In this document: positions 24,361 through 32,025 of the stretch, piece after piece
Numbering within the stretch: position 1 is the stretch's first letter
How the letters are laid out: each line of letters begins with the position of its first letter
Made by a program: the position numbers and the translations under genes
Origin: a virus
Taxonomy: Duplodnaviria > Caudoviricetes
Virus record (IMG/VR): IMGVR_UViG_3300006904_000017
Span: 1-32,049 of that record
Reading direction: 5' to 3' (one strand)
DNA length: 32,049 nucleotides
Notes under the pieces: generated by a model
The model's database searches: none
Told to the model about the DNA's origin: nothing
Seen by the model: the letters and a program-made list of their open reading frames with translations, nothing else

Positions 24361-24616
24361 AGCTCCACAAGAGCAACAAGAGCCGCAGCAGCCTCCTCTT
24401 ACCCCTGAGGAGCGCCATGACTTGCGGAATCGAGTCAACGCGGGCTACAAGATGTCCGTGGAAGAGGCTCGGCGTGTGTACGAAACCTTGCGGACCGGCC
24501 AAGGTGCCGTGGTCATCACAGGGGAAAGCACGAAGTCCAAGCGCAAGCCGAAGAAGGAAGCCTATGCTGACGCGGCGCTGGACGCGGACCTCAAAGACCT
24601 CGGGTTAGACGTTTAA
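24338..24616 (+). CDS. Hypothetical protein
   Basis: TAAGGAG RBS, 92 aa with a basic patch and acidic tail. Confidence 0.75.
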   Translation: MEQIQALEAPQEQQEPQQPPLTPEERHDLRNRVNAGYKMSVEEARRVYETLRTGQGAVVITGESTKSKRKPKKEAYADAALDADLKDLGLDV

Positions 24617-24650
24617 CCTCTAACTGAAAGGAGAACCTCCGAATCGGTAC

Positions 24651-24757
24651 GGGGACTGACCGACATACAGTCCCCAAAGAGAGGGGCCTTGGAGAGTTTG
24701 CTGTTAGGCATACCAGTAAGTCCTATCAGCCTCATCAGCACCAGGGCCCCTGTCTTT
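24651..24757 (+). ncRNA. Candidate structured RNA / processing site
   Basis: An 8-bp hairpin followed by a long irregular hairpin (see findings). Confidence 0.45.
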
Positions 24758-24793
24758 CAAGTGCGGCGGCACCACTCACGCAAAGGAGCAGGA

Positions 24794-25027
24794 ATGCATT
24801 TCAAGCTGGTAGTAGAACCTCATTCCAAGTCGATCTACTTGGAGCCCGAAAACCCTGGGGAAGAGCAGCTCCTCACGGCCCTGTTAGGAGGCTGGAACTC
24901 AAACTACGACGAGTACCAGTATGACAGCGAACCGAAGAGAACACGCGAGGCACGAGTAATACCAACCTGGTCTCAAGATAGCCAGTCGTCCTACAAGCGC
25001 TGCCTGATTATCAAGGTAACGCTGTAA
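24794..25027 (+). CDS. Hypothetical protein
   Basis: AAAGGAG RBS, 77 aa MHFKLVVEPH... Confidence 0.7.
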   Translation: MHFKLVVEPHSKSIYLEPENPGEEQLLTALLGGWNSNYDEYQYDSEPKRTREARVIPTWSQDSQSSYKRCLIIKVTL

Positions 25028-26025
25028 TGCCGGTTGACCTCCGCACCAAGCCTCCCTTCCCCGATCAGGTCGACAACACCGCCCGAGGGGATTTCGTCGC
25101 CTGCCCTACGAAGTGGATGTACGGGTTCCTGTTCAGCATCACAGGCATGGCCCCGAACGTCCACTTGCACGCGGGCGGCGCCTTTGCCAAGGGCCTCGAG
25201 GTAGCTCGCCTGTCCTTCTACCGAGACGGCAAGTCGATCGGCGAGGCGAAACGCGACGGTCTGGAAGCCATTATGGTCTCCTATGGCAACTTCGTCCCTG
25301 CGCCTACCAAGACCGGAGACAAGTCTCTCGAGAACGTAATCAGGGCGTTCGATTCCTACCTCCAACTCTACCCCCTAGACCGCGACCGCATCAAGCCGTT
25401 CAAGACTCAAGACGGCAAGTACATGATCGAGTTCACGTTCTCGATTCCCACTGAGGTAAAGAACCCCAGTACTGGCAACCCGATCCTGTACTCCGGCCGC
25501 TGCGATATGATTGGAGAGATGAATGGCAACCTCTGGGTCACGGACGAGAAAACGACGGGCAGTCTCGGCGAGAGCTGGGCAGACCAGTGGAAGCTCGAAA
25601 GTCAGTTCACTGGATATTGCGCAGCTGCGCGGACGTATGGCTTTCCTGTCGCCGGCGCGCTCGTTCGAGGAGTGGGCTTACTCAAGACCAAGATCACCCA
25701 CGCCGAAGTCATCCTCTCGCGGCACTCGTGGGAGATAGATCGGTGGTGGAGGCAGCTGCATAAGGACCTCCGGCGGATGGTTCAGCAGTATGAGGAATTC
25801 GACTTTGACCTCGCCATAGCGAAAGGCGCCTGCTCGTCGTACGGCGGCTGCGGGTTCACTACCCTCTGCGAGTCGCCCGAGCCTGCCCGTTGGCTCAACC
25901 AGTATCGCATTCGGGTTTGGGACCCGCTTGCCAAGGATCGCGGTGAGCACCTCTCGACTCACCCCGGAGCCGCATACAACATGGACTCTGACAACCTCGA
26001 GATCAATATAAAGGACCTCATGTAA
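25027..26025 (+). CDS. Cas4/RecB-like PD-(D/E)XK exonuclease
   Basis: ACP, HLHAG..F, SGRCD, VTDEKT, QFTGY, and CSSYGGCGFTTLC (1+3 Cys Fe-S pattern). Confidence 0.88.
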   Translation: MPVDLRTKPPFPDQVDNTARGDFVACPTKWMYGFLFSITGMAPNVHLHAGGAFAKGLEVARLSFYRDGKSIGEAKRDGLEAIMVSYGNFVPAPTKTGDKSLENVIRAFDSYLQLYPLDRDRIKPFKTQDGKYMIEFTFSIPTEVKNPSTGNPILYSGRCDMIGEMNGNLWVTDEKTTGSLGESWADQWKLESQFTGYCAAARTYGFPVAGALVRGVGLLKTKITHAEVILSRHSWEIDRWWRQLHKDLRRMVQQYEEFDFDLAIAKGACSSYGGCGFTTLCESPEPARWLNQYRIRVWDPLAKDRGEHLSTHPGAAYNMDSDNLEINIKDLM

Positions 26026-26330
26026 TGTTCCAGAAATTTGTCACCCGCCCTGCCACCATCGAGGCCGTGCGCCTCTCTCGCGAAAACTCCGAGGCGGTCA
26101 AGAAGCTCATCGGCCGGCAGGCCTACGACGACAGCCGCGAGGGCTTCGACCCCTACAACATCATGCTCAGGAACAAGCACGGCAACGTCCTGGCGTCGAT
26201 CGGCGACTGGATCATCAAAGAGCGCGACGGGTCCGGCTACTACCCGTGCACGGACGCTGACTTCACCGCCAAGTACGACCTGCCCAGCGACAAGCCAGCG
26301 CAGGTCCAGGCCAAGGCGCCAGGGAAGTAG
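26025..26330 (+). CDS. Conserved phage protein (GDWII motif)
   Basis: RPATIEAVR...ASIGDWIIK...YYPC...F..KY. Confidence 0.8.
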   Translation: MFQKFVTRPATIEAVRLSRENSEAVKKLIGRQAYDDSREGFDPYNIMLRNKHGNVLASIGDWIIKERDGSGYYPCTDADFTAKYDLPSDKPAQVQAKAPGK

Positions 26331-26333
26331 TCA

Positions 26334-26582
26334 GTGGCCAAGTCTCGCAAGCCCGACTACCGCATCTGGGTTACGTCCCCAGACAGCAAGATTCGTGGCA
26401 CTATCGGCGGTGCATGGCTGAACGAAGACGGTAGCCTCAACCTCAAGCTCGATCCATGCGTCGTGCTTGGGCTAATACCTGGCATGACCATCAAGTTGTT
26501 CCCTTCCGACAGCGCCCCACCGGAGCGAGAGCCAGCTGGTCAGCCGGAGCGAGAGCACTCTGACGACGACATTCCTTTCTGA
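26334..26582 (+). CDS. Small putative ssDNA-binding protein (DUF736-like) with DDDIPF tail
   Basis: IGGAW...GSLNLKLD core, disordered linker, terminal DDDIPF. Confidence 0.7.
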   Translation: MAKSRKPDYRIWVTSPDSKIRGTIGGAWLNEDGSLNLKLDPCVVLGLIPGMTIKLFPSDSAPPEREPAGQPEREHSDDDIPF

Positions 26583-26592
26583 AAGGTCCCCC

Positions 26593-27276
26593 TTGCCCGC
26601 ACCCCTACCTGTAATCAACGGCCGCAAGTTCGGCCGACTTCCCCAGTTCGACCAACGCAGCCGCGCCTTCCCCATCCGAGCGCTCGTTCCTGAAAAGCCC
26701 CGGAGCTACACTTGGAAGGTTGGCGTCTACCTCGACCAAGGCCAGGAGGGCGCATGCGTCGGCTTTGGCTGGGCGCACGAGCTCGTGGCCAGACCAGTGG
26801 TAGTGCCAAACGTCACTGAAGCGCTCGCCAGGGACATCTACCACAAGGCCCAAATCCTCGACGAGTACACGGACACGCCGCCTGAAGAAGGCACCAGCGT
26901 CATTGCCGGCGCCCAGGTGGTCCACGGCTGGGGCTTCGTGCCGGAGTATCGCTGGGCGTTCGGGCTCCAGGATCTCATCCTCGCAGTCGGCCACCACGGA
27001 CCAGCTGTAGCTGGTGTCAACTGGTACGACGGCATGTTCGACACGGACTCGGCTGGGTTCATACACGTCACTGGCCAGGTTGCAGGCGGCCACTGCGTCT
27101 GCATTCCGGGAGTCAACGTGGGCAAGAAGTACTTCCGCGGGCACAACAACTGGGGCAAATCCTGGGGTGTCGGCGGAGACTTCTTCATCAGCTTCGACGA
27201 CATGGAGCGGTTGCTTCACGAACAGGGCGAAGCGTGCATACCTGTCAGACGGAGTGAGGTGGGAATACTTGCCTGA
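26593..27276 (+). CDS. Papain-like (peptidase C1-type) cysteine protease
   Basis: DQGQEGACVGF (Gln/Cys), GGHCV (His), HNNWGKSWG (Asn). TTG start. Confidence 0.88.
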   Translation: MPAPLPVINGRKFGRLPQFDQRSRAFPIRALVPEKPRSYTWKVGVYLDQGQEGACVGFGWAHELVARPVVVPNVTEALARDIYHKAQILDEYTDTPPEEGTSVIAGAQVVHGWGFVPEYRWAFGLQDLILAVGHHGPAVAGVNWYDGMFDTDSAGFIHVTGQVAGGHCVCIPGVNVGKKYFRGHNNWGKSWGVGGDFFISFDDMERLLHEQGEACIPVRRSEVGILA

Positions 27277-28153
27277 CTCTGCACGCTGCATACTTGGAGC
27301 GAAGGTTGACTCGCTCCTCGACGTGAGGCTGCCCTGTTTCGCCTCATTCAAGTTGGACGGCATCCGAGCTCGGTGGTGGCATCTCGAGTTCATGAGCCGG
27401 ACGTTCAAGACCATAGCGAACCGCAACCTGCGAGCTCTAGCCGCAGAGCATCTCGCGGGCTGCACTGGTTGGGACGGTGAGATCATTGTCGGCGACCCTA
27501 CTGATCCCATGTGCTTTCGCAAAACCGAGTCGTTTGTTAACTCTCGCTCCAAACCCATTCCACCTGAAGGAGTACGCTTCTTTGTTTTCGACCATTCGCT
27601 CGCGCCTGGCGGCTTTGCGGACCGCATTCAGCAACTGGGGGACAGGTCTCCTTTCTGTGTCGTTCTCAATCAAGTGCTCCTCACCGAGTTCGAAGAGCTC
27701 GTCACGTTCGAGGAGTATGCCGTCAACCGACGCTATGAGGGCATCATTACTCGGTCCCCTACCGGCCGGTACAAAAACGGACGCTCGACTCTCCGAGAAC
27801 AGCTTCTCCTTAAAGTCAAGCGGGTCGAGCATCACGAGGCTCGAATTGTCGACTTTGAAGAGCTACAGCGAAACTTTAATGAACCTACAAGCGACGAGCG
27901 AGGGTATACCAAACGAAGTTCTGCACAAGGTGGCAAAGTTCCTGGTGGAACACTGGGGGCAATCGTCGGCCTATGGGAAGATCGAAAAGTCCGAGTTGGT
28001 TCTGGATTCACACAGGCTGAACGTGACGAGATCTGGAGTCGACGGGAACAGTATCTTGGTGGCGCTGTACGCTTTAAGAGGCTAGCCGCCACAGGCGGGT
28101 ACGACCTCCCTCGGAGCGCGATCTATGAGGGGATTAGGCTGCCCGGCACATGA
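27269..28153 (+). CDS. ATP-dependent DNA ligase (minimal type)
   Basis: KLDGIR (motif I), DGEI, FFVFD, EGII, LLKVK, VGSGFT..ER. TTG 27269 with GAGGT RBS chosen as start. Confidence 0.9.
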   Translation: MPDSARCILGAKVDSLLDVRLPCFASFKLDGIRARWWHLEFMSRTFKTIANRNLRALAAEHLAGCTGWDGEIIVGDPTDPMCFRKTESFVNSRSKPIPPEGVRFFVFDHSLAPGGFADRIQQLGDRSPFCVVLNQVLLTEFEELVTFEEYAVNRRYEGIITRSPTGRYKNGRSTLREQLLLKVKRVEHHEARIVDFEELQRNFNEPTSDERGYTKRSSAQGGKVPGGTLGAIVGLWEDRKVRVGSGFTQAERDEIWSRREQYLGGAVRFKRLAATGGYDLPRSAIYEGIRLPGT

Positions 28154-28182
28154 GCACATTAACCGCCGATTAACCGGCACAT
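28150..28182. promoter_or_regulatory. 33-bp quasi-palindrome, copy 4
   Basis: ATGAGC-AC-ATTAA-CCGCCGA-TTAAC-CG-GCACAT, from the ligase stop to just before the next RBS. Confidence 0.7.
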
Positions 28183-28196
28183 CAAAGGAGCACTGA

Positions 28197-28448
28197 ATGA
28201 AAGTCTTAGTGTTGTACGTCGAAGACGGAAGGTCCGAAGTCAGAGACGAAGCGGGCCTGGATGACGAGATCCTGGAAGGCATCGACCAAGGAATCATCGA
28301 CGTCATCAAGGCAGAGGTGACAGTCCAGTCGGCTGGTCAAGAGTTCCTTCCAGTCGTCTCGAACTATCTCCGCGCTACGGTCGACAACGAGGCGACCATA
28401 CCCGGAAAAGCACCGAGCCTCAAACTTGCCGGATGGGTTGCGCTGTGA
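28197..28448 (+). CDS. Hypothetical acidic protein
   Basis: AAAGGAG RBS, 83 aa. Confidence 0.75.
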   Translation: MKVLVLYVEDGRSEVRDEAGLDDEILEGIDQGIIDVIKAEVTVQSAGQEFLPVVSNYLRATVDNEATIPGKAPSLKLAGWVAL

Positions 28449-28750
28449 AAAGGCTAATCCCGCTTCTCCTCCTAGGGTCCTGTGCGTGGGACCAGCCAAT
28501 TCCAGCGCAGCCCGTCGGCATCAACTCTCGGCCGGACCCGGCAGCGCAGGTTGTCATGCAGTGCGATGCCATGCGCCTGCAGTCCTTCGAGGCGCATCGC
28601 CTCTGCGTCCTTCGCGGGATCGACCGCCTGGCCATCTACCCGCAGTCTGCCGGCATCAGCCACGTGCCACTCCTCGCTGATCCGTACCCGCCCTTGGCTC
28701 CGGGCGGCAGCGCAAATCCCTATCACTACCATTTCTATAGGGCTCCCTGA
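28445..28750 (+). CDS. Putative lipoprotein
   Basis: GTGA coupling. MKRLIPLLLLGSC is a short signal with lipobox-like LGSC. Confidence 0.6.
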   Translation: MKRLIPLLLLGSCAWDQPIPAQPVGINSRPDPAAQVVMQCDAMRLQSFEAHRLCVLRGIDRLAIYPQSAGISHVPLLADPYPPLAPGGSANPYHYHFYRAP

Positions 28751-29718
28751 TGGCAGTCGAATCTCTACCCAAGCACTTCCCCATCCCGCCTGCCGGCGCC
28801 TCGCCTACCTCGGCTGCCCAGAAGGTTTGGGTTCGAGGCCCAAAGGTCCTCCTCATGGGCATGGAAGGTCACGGGAAAACCGACAGCATCCGCACCATCA
28901 TCGAGGCTGGCCTCAAGTGCTTCGTCGTGTTCGTCGAGCCGGGCATGGAGGTCCTGGTGGACACACGCAGGGGTCGGCCGGTGTACACCTGTGCGCAGGG
29001 ATTACACTGGAAGTACATCCCAGTCGCGATGCCCACCTGGCAGGACTTGCGGGAGATGGCCAAGTACCTCAACACCCTGTCCTACGAGGGCGTAGCTAAC
29101 GTGGCGCCGCAGCATCGCGAGCGCTTCCAGGCGCACATGGAACTCGTCTCTACCATGGGCGACCTCAAGTGCGACAGGTGCAACGAGCGCTTCGGGCCGG
29201 CCGATCACCTGGAGCCGTATGACCAGTGGGCCGTGGTCAACGACTCACTTACATCCATCAGCAAAGCCTTCCTCCTCGGACACATCGGCACTAAGCCGGC
29301 AGTCCACAGGGGCGAGTACGGTAACGCTATGTACCAAATCGGCAACTACATCGATATGTTCTGCGGGATGATCCCCAGCATGGCGGTCATGATGGCTCAC
29401 ATCGACCGCGAGCCGAACGAAGTCTCCGGCGGCTTCGAGAACATGGTCGCTACGCTCGGGCAAAAGCTGGCGCCCAAGATACCACGGCCATTCAGCGACG
29501 TCGTCCTAGCCAAGCGCGTCGGCGACCAATTCACCTGGTCAACCATAGAGGAGAGCTACCGCACCAAGACACGAAACCTTCCCTTTAGCAGGGTCATCCT
29601 GCCAACGTTCGCGCCTATGATCCGAGAGTGGCACCGCATGATAGAGGCGGAGAAAGCCGCCCAGGGCGCGAATTCCCAGCTACAGGACGCGGCCAAGCCG
29701 CCACCCGTAGGCAAGTAG
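28750..29718 (+). CDS. AAA_24/Sak4-like P-loop ATPase (recombination)
   Basis: KVLLMGMEGHGKT (Walker A), VVNDSLT (Walker B), MMAHID, FSDVV, KTR. Confidence 0.85.
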   Translation: MAVESLPKHFPIPPAGASPTSAAQKVWVRGPKVLLMGMEGHGKTDSIRTIIEAGLKCFVVFVEPGMEVLVDTRRGRPVYTCAQGLHWKYIPVAMPTWQDLREMAKYLNTLSYEGVANVAPQHRERFQAHMELVSTMGDLKCDRCNERFGPADHLEPYDQWAVVNDSLTSISKAFLLGHIGTKPAVHRGEYGNAMYQIGNYIDMFCGMIPSMAVMMAHIDREPNEVSGGFENMVATLGQKLAPKIPRPFSDVVLAKRVGDQFTWSTIEESYRTKTRNLPFSRVILPTFAPMIREWHRMIEAEKAAQGANSQLQDAAKPPPVGK

Positions 29719-29754
29719 TACCTTTCTCTTAACTTTACTTTAAGGAAATTTTAC

Positions 29755-30234
29755 ATGGCTGGAGCTCCCAGTGGTTTCAACGTAGAAGCGTTTGCATCCG
29801 GTTCCTTCGAAGGTGAAGGCGATACCAGACGTTTGCAGCTCCCGGAAAAGGACTATCGGGCGGTCGTCGAGGGCCCGTTCATGGACGAGAAGGCGACTCG
29901 CCTGTTCACGTCCGACAAGGGTGCAGTCGCGCTCATCGTCGTCTGGCGGCTGGACGACCCCGAGATCCAGGCTCAGTTCAAGCTCGAGAAGATGCCTACC
30001 AAGCGGCAGACGGTCTGGCTCGACCTGACGCCGAACGGTGGCCTGGACATGGGCGAGTACAAGAACAGCGAGCTCAACAAGCTCCGCGAGGTGTTCGATC
30101 TCAACAGGCCGGGCATCGAGTGGAAGTTCTCGGACTTCATCGGCAAGAGCGCGATGGTCAAGCTGAAGAACTCGCGCAACCCGGATGATCCGCAGAACCC
30201 GTACCAGAACATCGCTGCGGTAACTCGCGGCTAA
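29755..30234 (+). CDS. Putative phage ssDNA-binding protein (DUF669-like OB fold)
   Basis: LPEKDYRAVV...LNKLREV...DFIGKSAMVKL...YQNI. Directly after the Sak4-like gene, with strong codon bias. Confidence 0.7.
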   Translation: MAGAPSGFNVEAFASGSFEGEGDTRRLQLPEKDYRAVVEGPFMDEKATRLFTSDKGAVALIVVWRLDDPEIQAQFKLEKMPTKRQTVWLDLTPNGGLDMGEYKNSELNKLREVFDLNRPGIEWKFSDFIGKSAMVKLKNSRNPDDPQNPYQNIAAVTRG

Positions 30235-30240
30235 ACGGCC

Positions 30241-30334
30241 TCGGCAAGGAGCGGGTTGCCCGATCAAGCAGTAAATTCACGGCTTACTAGGGAATGTAAA
30301 AGCACCGTGATTTATCCTGCTCCTTGCCGGTTTT
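30241..30334 (+). other. Long hairpin with alternative pairings (attenuator, processing site or ncRNA)
   Basis: 14-bp stem 30242-30255/30316-30329, inner stem 30271-30282/30305-30315, then TTTT. Confidence 0.55.
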
Positions 30335-30337
30335 CCT

Positions 30338-30694
30338 ATGCTAATCTATCTCGCCTCGCCGTATTCTCACCCTAACTACGACGTTAGGGAAGTACGTTGC
30401 AAGCAAGTTCAACGTGTCTGCGCTGAACTCGCCAGGCGCAGCATTCATGTTATAGCGCCAATAGCCCACTGGGCACCTATCGCTCAGGATCACAACCTTC
30501 CCTACGAATACGAATTCTGGCAAGAGCTCGACAGGAAGATGATCCGCGCCTGCGATGAGCTATGGGTGCTGACGCTCGATGGCTGGCAAGATTCCAGAGG
30601 CATCACCTACGAGCTTCGCATCGCGCGTGAGTTCGACAAGCCAGTCAAGCTCATGGACCCAGTCTCACTTTTCTTGGAGCCTGTACGCCAGTGA
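30338..30694 (+). CDS. DUF1937 / nucleoside 2-deoxyribosyltransferase-like protein
   Basis: IYLASPYSHP, API.HW, CDELWVL.LDGWQDSRGITYE...A...KPV. Confidence 0.8.
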   Translation: MLIYLASPYSHPNYDVREVRCKQVQRVCAELARRSIHVIAPIAHWAPIAQDHNLPYEYEFWQELDRKMIRACDELWVLTLDGWQDSRGITYELRIAREFDKPVKLMDPVSLFLEPVRQ

Positions 30695-32025
30695 TCTTCG
30701 TCCACCACGAGGACGTCATCGTCCCGCCTGACCGTTTCCGCAAGGAGTTCAATGAAAACAAGCTCAAGGAGCTCAAGGACTCCATCGCTCGCACAGGCCT
30801 CATCCACCCGCTGGCCCTTGAGCGTGAGCCTGATGGCGACCGCTGGATACTCCGGGCTGGAGAGAGGCGTCTCCGTGCTATGCGAGCTCTTATTGCCGAA
30901 AGTATTCCGTTCGCTTGTGGCCTGGAAGACGCACCTCGAGGCTGCGTGCCGGGTCTGGAATGGGACAAGCTCAGCCCCCTCGAGAGACTGGAAATTGAAG
31001 TCAGTGAGAACGTCGATCGTACTGACTTCACCTGGCAAGAACGTATCGCTGCGATTGAGGCTCGACGAAAACTTAGGGAGGCCAAGGGCGAACCAGCTAA
31101 CGCGAAGGCAGTTGCCAGTGCGATGCTTGGCCGGCCGGCTCAGGGGAGCGAGATTACAGAGGTATCCAATGCTGCCATCATTGCCAAGCATATGCACCTC
31201 CCTCACGTGGCCGGAGCAAAGAATGAAAAAGAAGCCCTCAAGGTCATCCAGAAAGATGCTCAGGCTGTCCATCAGGCAAAGCTGGCCGAGAAATTCGACC
31301 TGACCAAAACCAGCCACAAGCTGATCAAAGGAGACTCGCTTGCGATACTGCCAACGTTGCCGGCAGGAAGTTTCGACGTTGTGCTTACCGACCCACCTTA
31401 CGGAATTGACGCTGACGACTTTGGTCCGCAGGCAACCACTCCCCACGAGTATCGGGATTCCCGCAAGCGATGGGAGCAGATCATGTCTGTTTTCCCTGAC
31501 GAGAGTTTCCGAGTCGCAAAGCAGCGGGCCCACGCTTACGTATTCTGTGACCCTCGGATGTTTCCTAGGCTGGAAACACTCATGTGTCTTGCCGGGTGGA
31601 AAGTGTTCTCCACTCCTCTCATTTGGGTCAAAGGGGACGGCATGCTACCTTGGCCGAAACACGGCCCTCGACGAGTTTACGAGTGCGTGCTGTATGCCTG
31701 GAAAGGAGACCGCGAGACCCTGGTGGTCAAGAGCGATGCGATCACTCGCATACCTCCGGTCAGTAACAAACTTCACGCGGCTCAAAAGCCTGTTGCGCTC
31801 TACTGTGACCTCCTCAGTCGGTCTGCTAATCCTGGAGATAGTGTTCTGGACTGCTTTGGTGGCACTGGGCCTATCCTTGTTGCTGCGAACAGGATGAGGC
31901 TGACCGCCACATACATCGAGGAACAGGACGCCCCTTTCAACATCGCGGTCACTCGCGTAAACCAGAAGGAAATCGACGATGGAGCCAAGGAGGACGATGG
32001 TATAGCCATCGATCTTGAAGGATGA
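30691..32025 (+). CDS. ParB N-terminal domain fused to N6A/N4C DNA methyltransferase (beta class)
   Basis: ELKDSI...GLIHP...AGERRLRA...EN..R (ParB). TDPPY (motif IV) precedes HAAQKP and VLDCFGGTG (motif I). Confidence 0.9.
   Translation: MIFVHHEDVIVPPDRFRKEFNENKLKELKDSIARTGLIHPLALEREPDGDRWILRAGERRLRAMRALIAESIPFACGLEDAPRGCVPGLEWDKLSPLERLEIEVSENVDRTDFTWQERIAAIEARRKLREAKGEPANAKAVASAMLGRPAQGSEITEVSNAAIIAKHMHLPHVAGAKNEKEALKVIQKDAQAVHQAKLAEKFDLTKTSHKLIKGDSLAILPTLPAGSFDVVLTDPPYGIDADDFGPQATTPHEYRDSRKRWEQIMSVFPDESFRVAKQRAHAYVFCDPRMFPRLETLMCLAGWKVFSTPLIWVKGDGMLPWPKHGPRRVYECVLYAWKGDRETLVVKSDAITRIPPVSNKLHAAQKPVALYCDLLSRSANPGDSVLDCFGGTGPILVAANRMRLTATYIEEQDAPFNIAVTRVNQKEIDDGAKEDDGIAIDLEG

Noticed and set aside
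24690-24745. Possible hammerhead ribozyme on the minus strand (CTGATGA followed by a stem)
   Set aside because: The stem is followed by CAAAC rather than the required CGAAA, and no stem III with an NUH cleavage triplet could be formed.
25027-26025. Cas4-like gene as evidence of a CRISPR system
   Set aside because: No repeat-spacer array or other cas genes are present. Stand-alone Cas4-like exonucleases are common in phage recombination modules.
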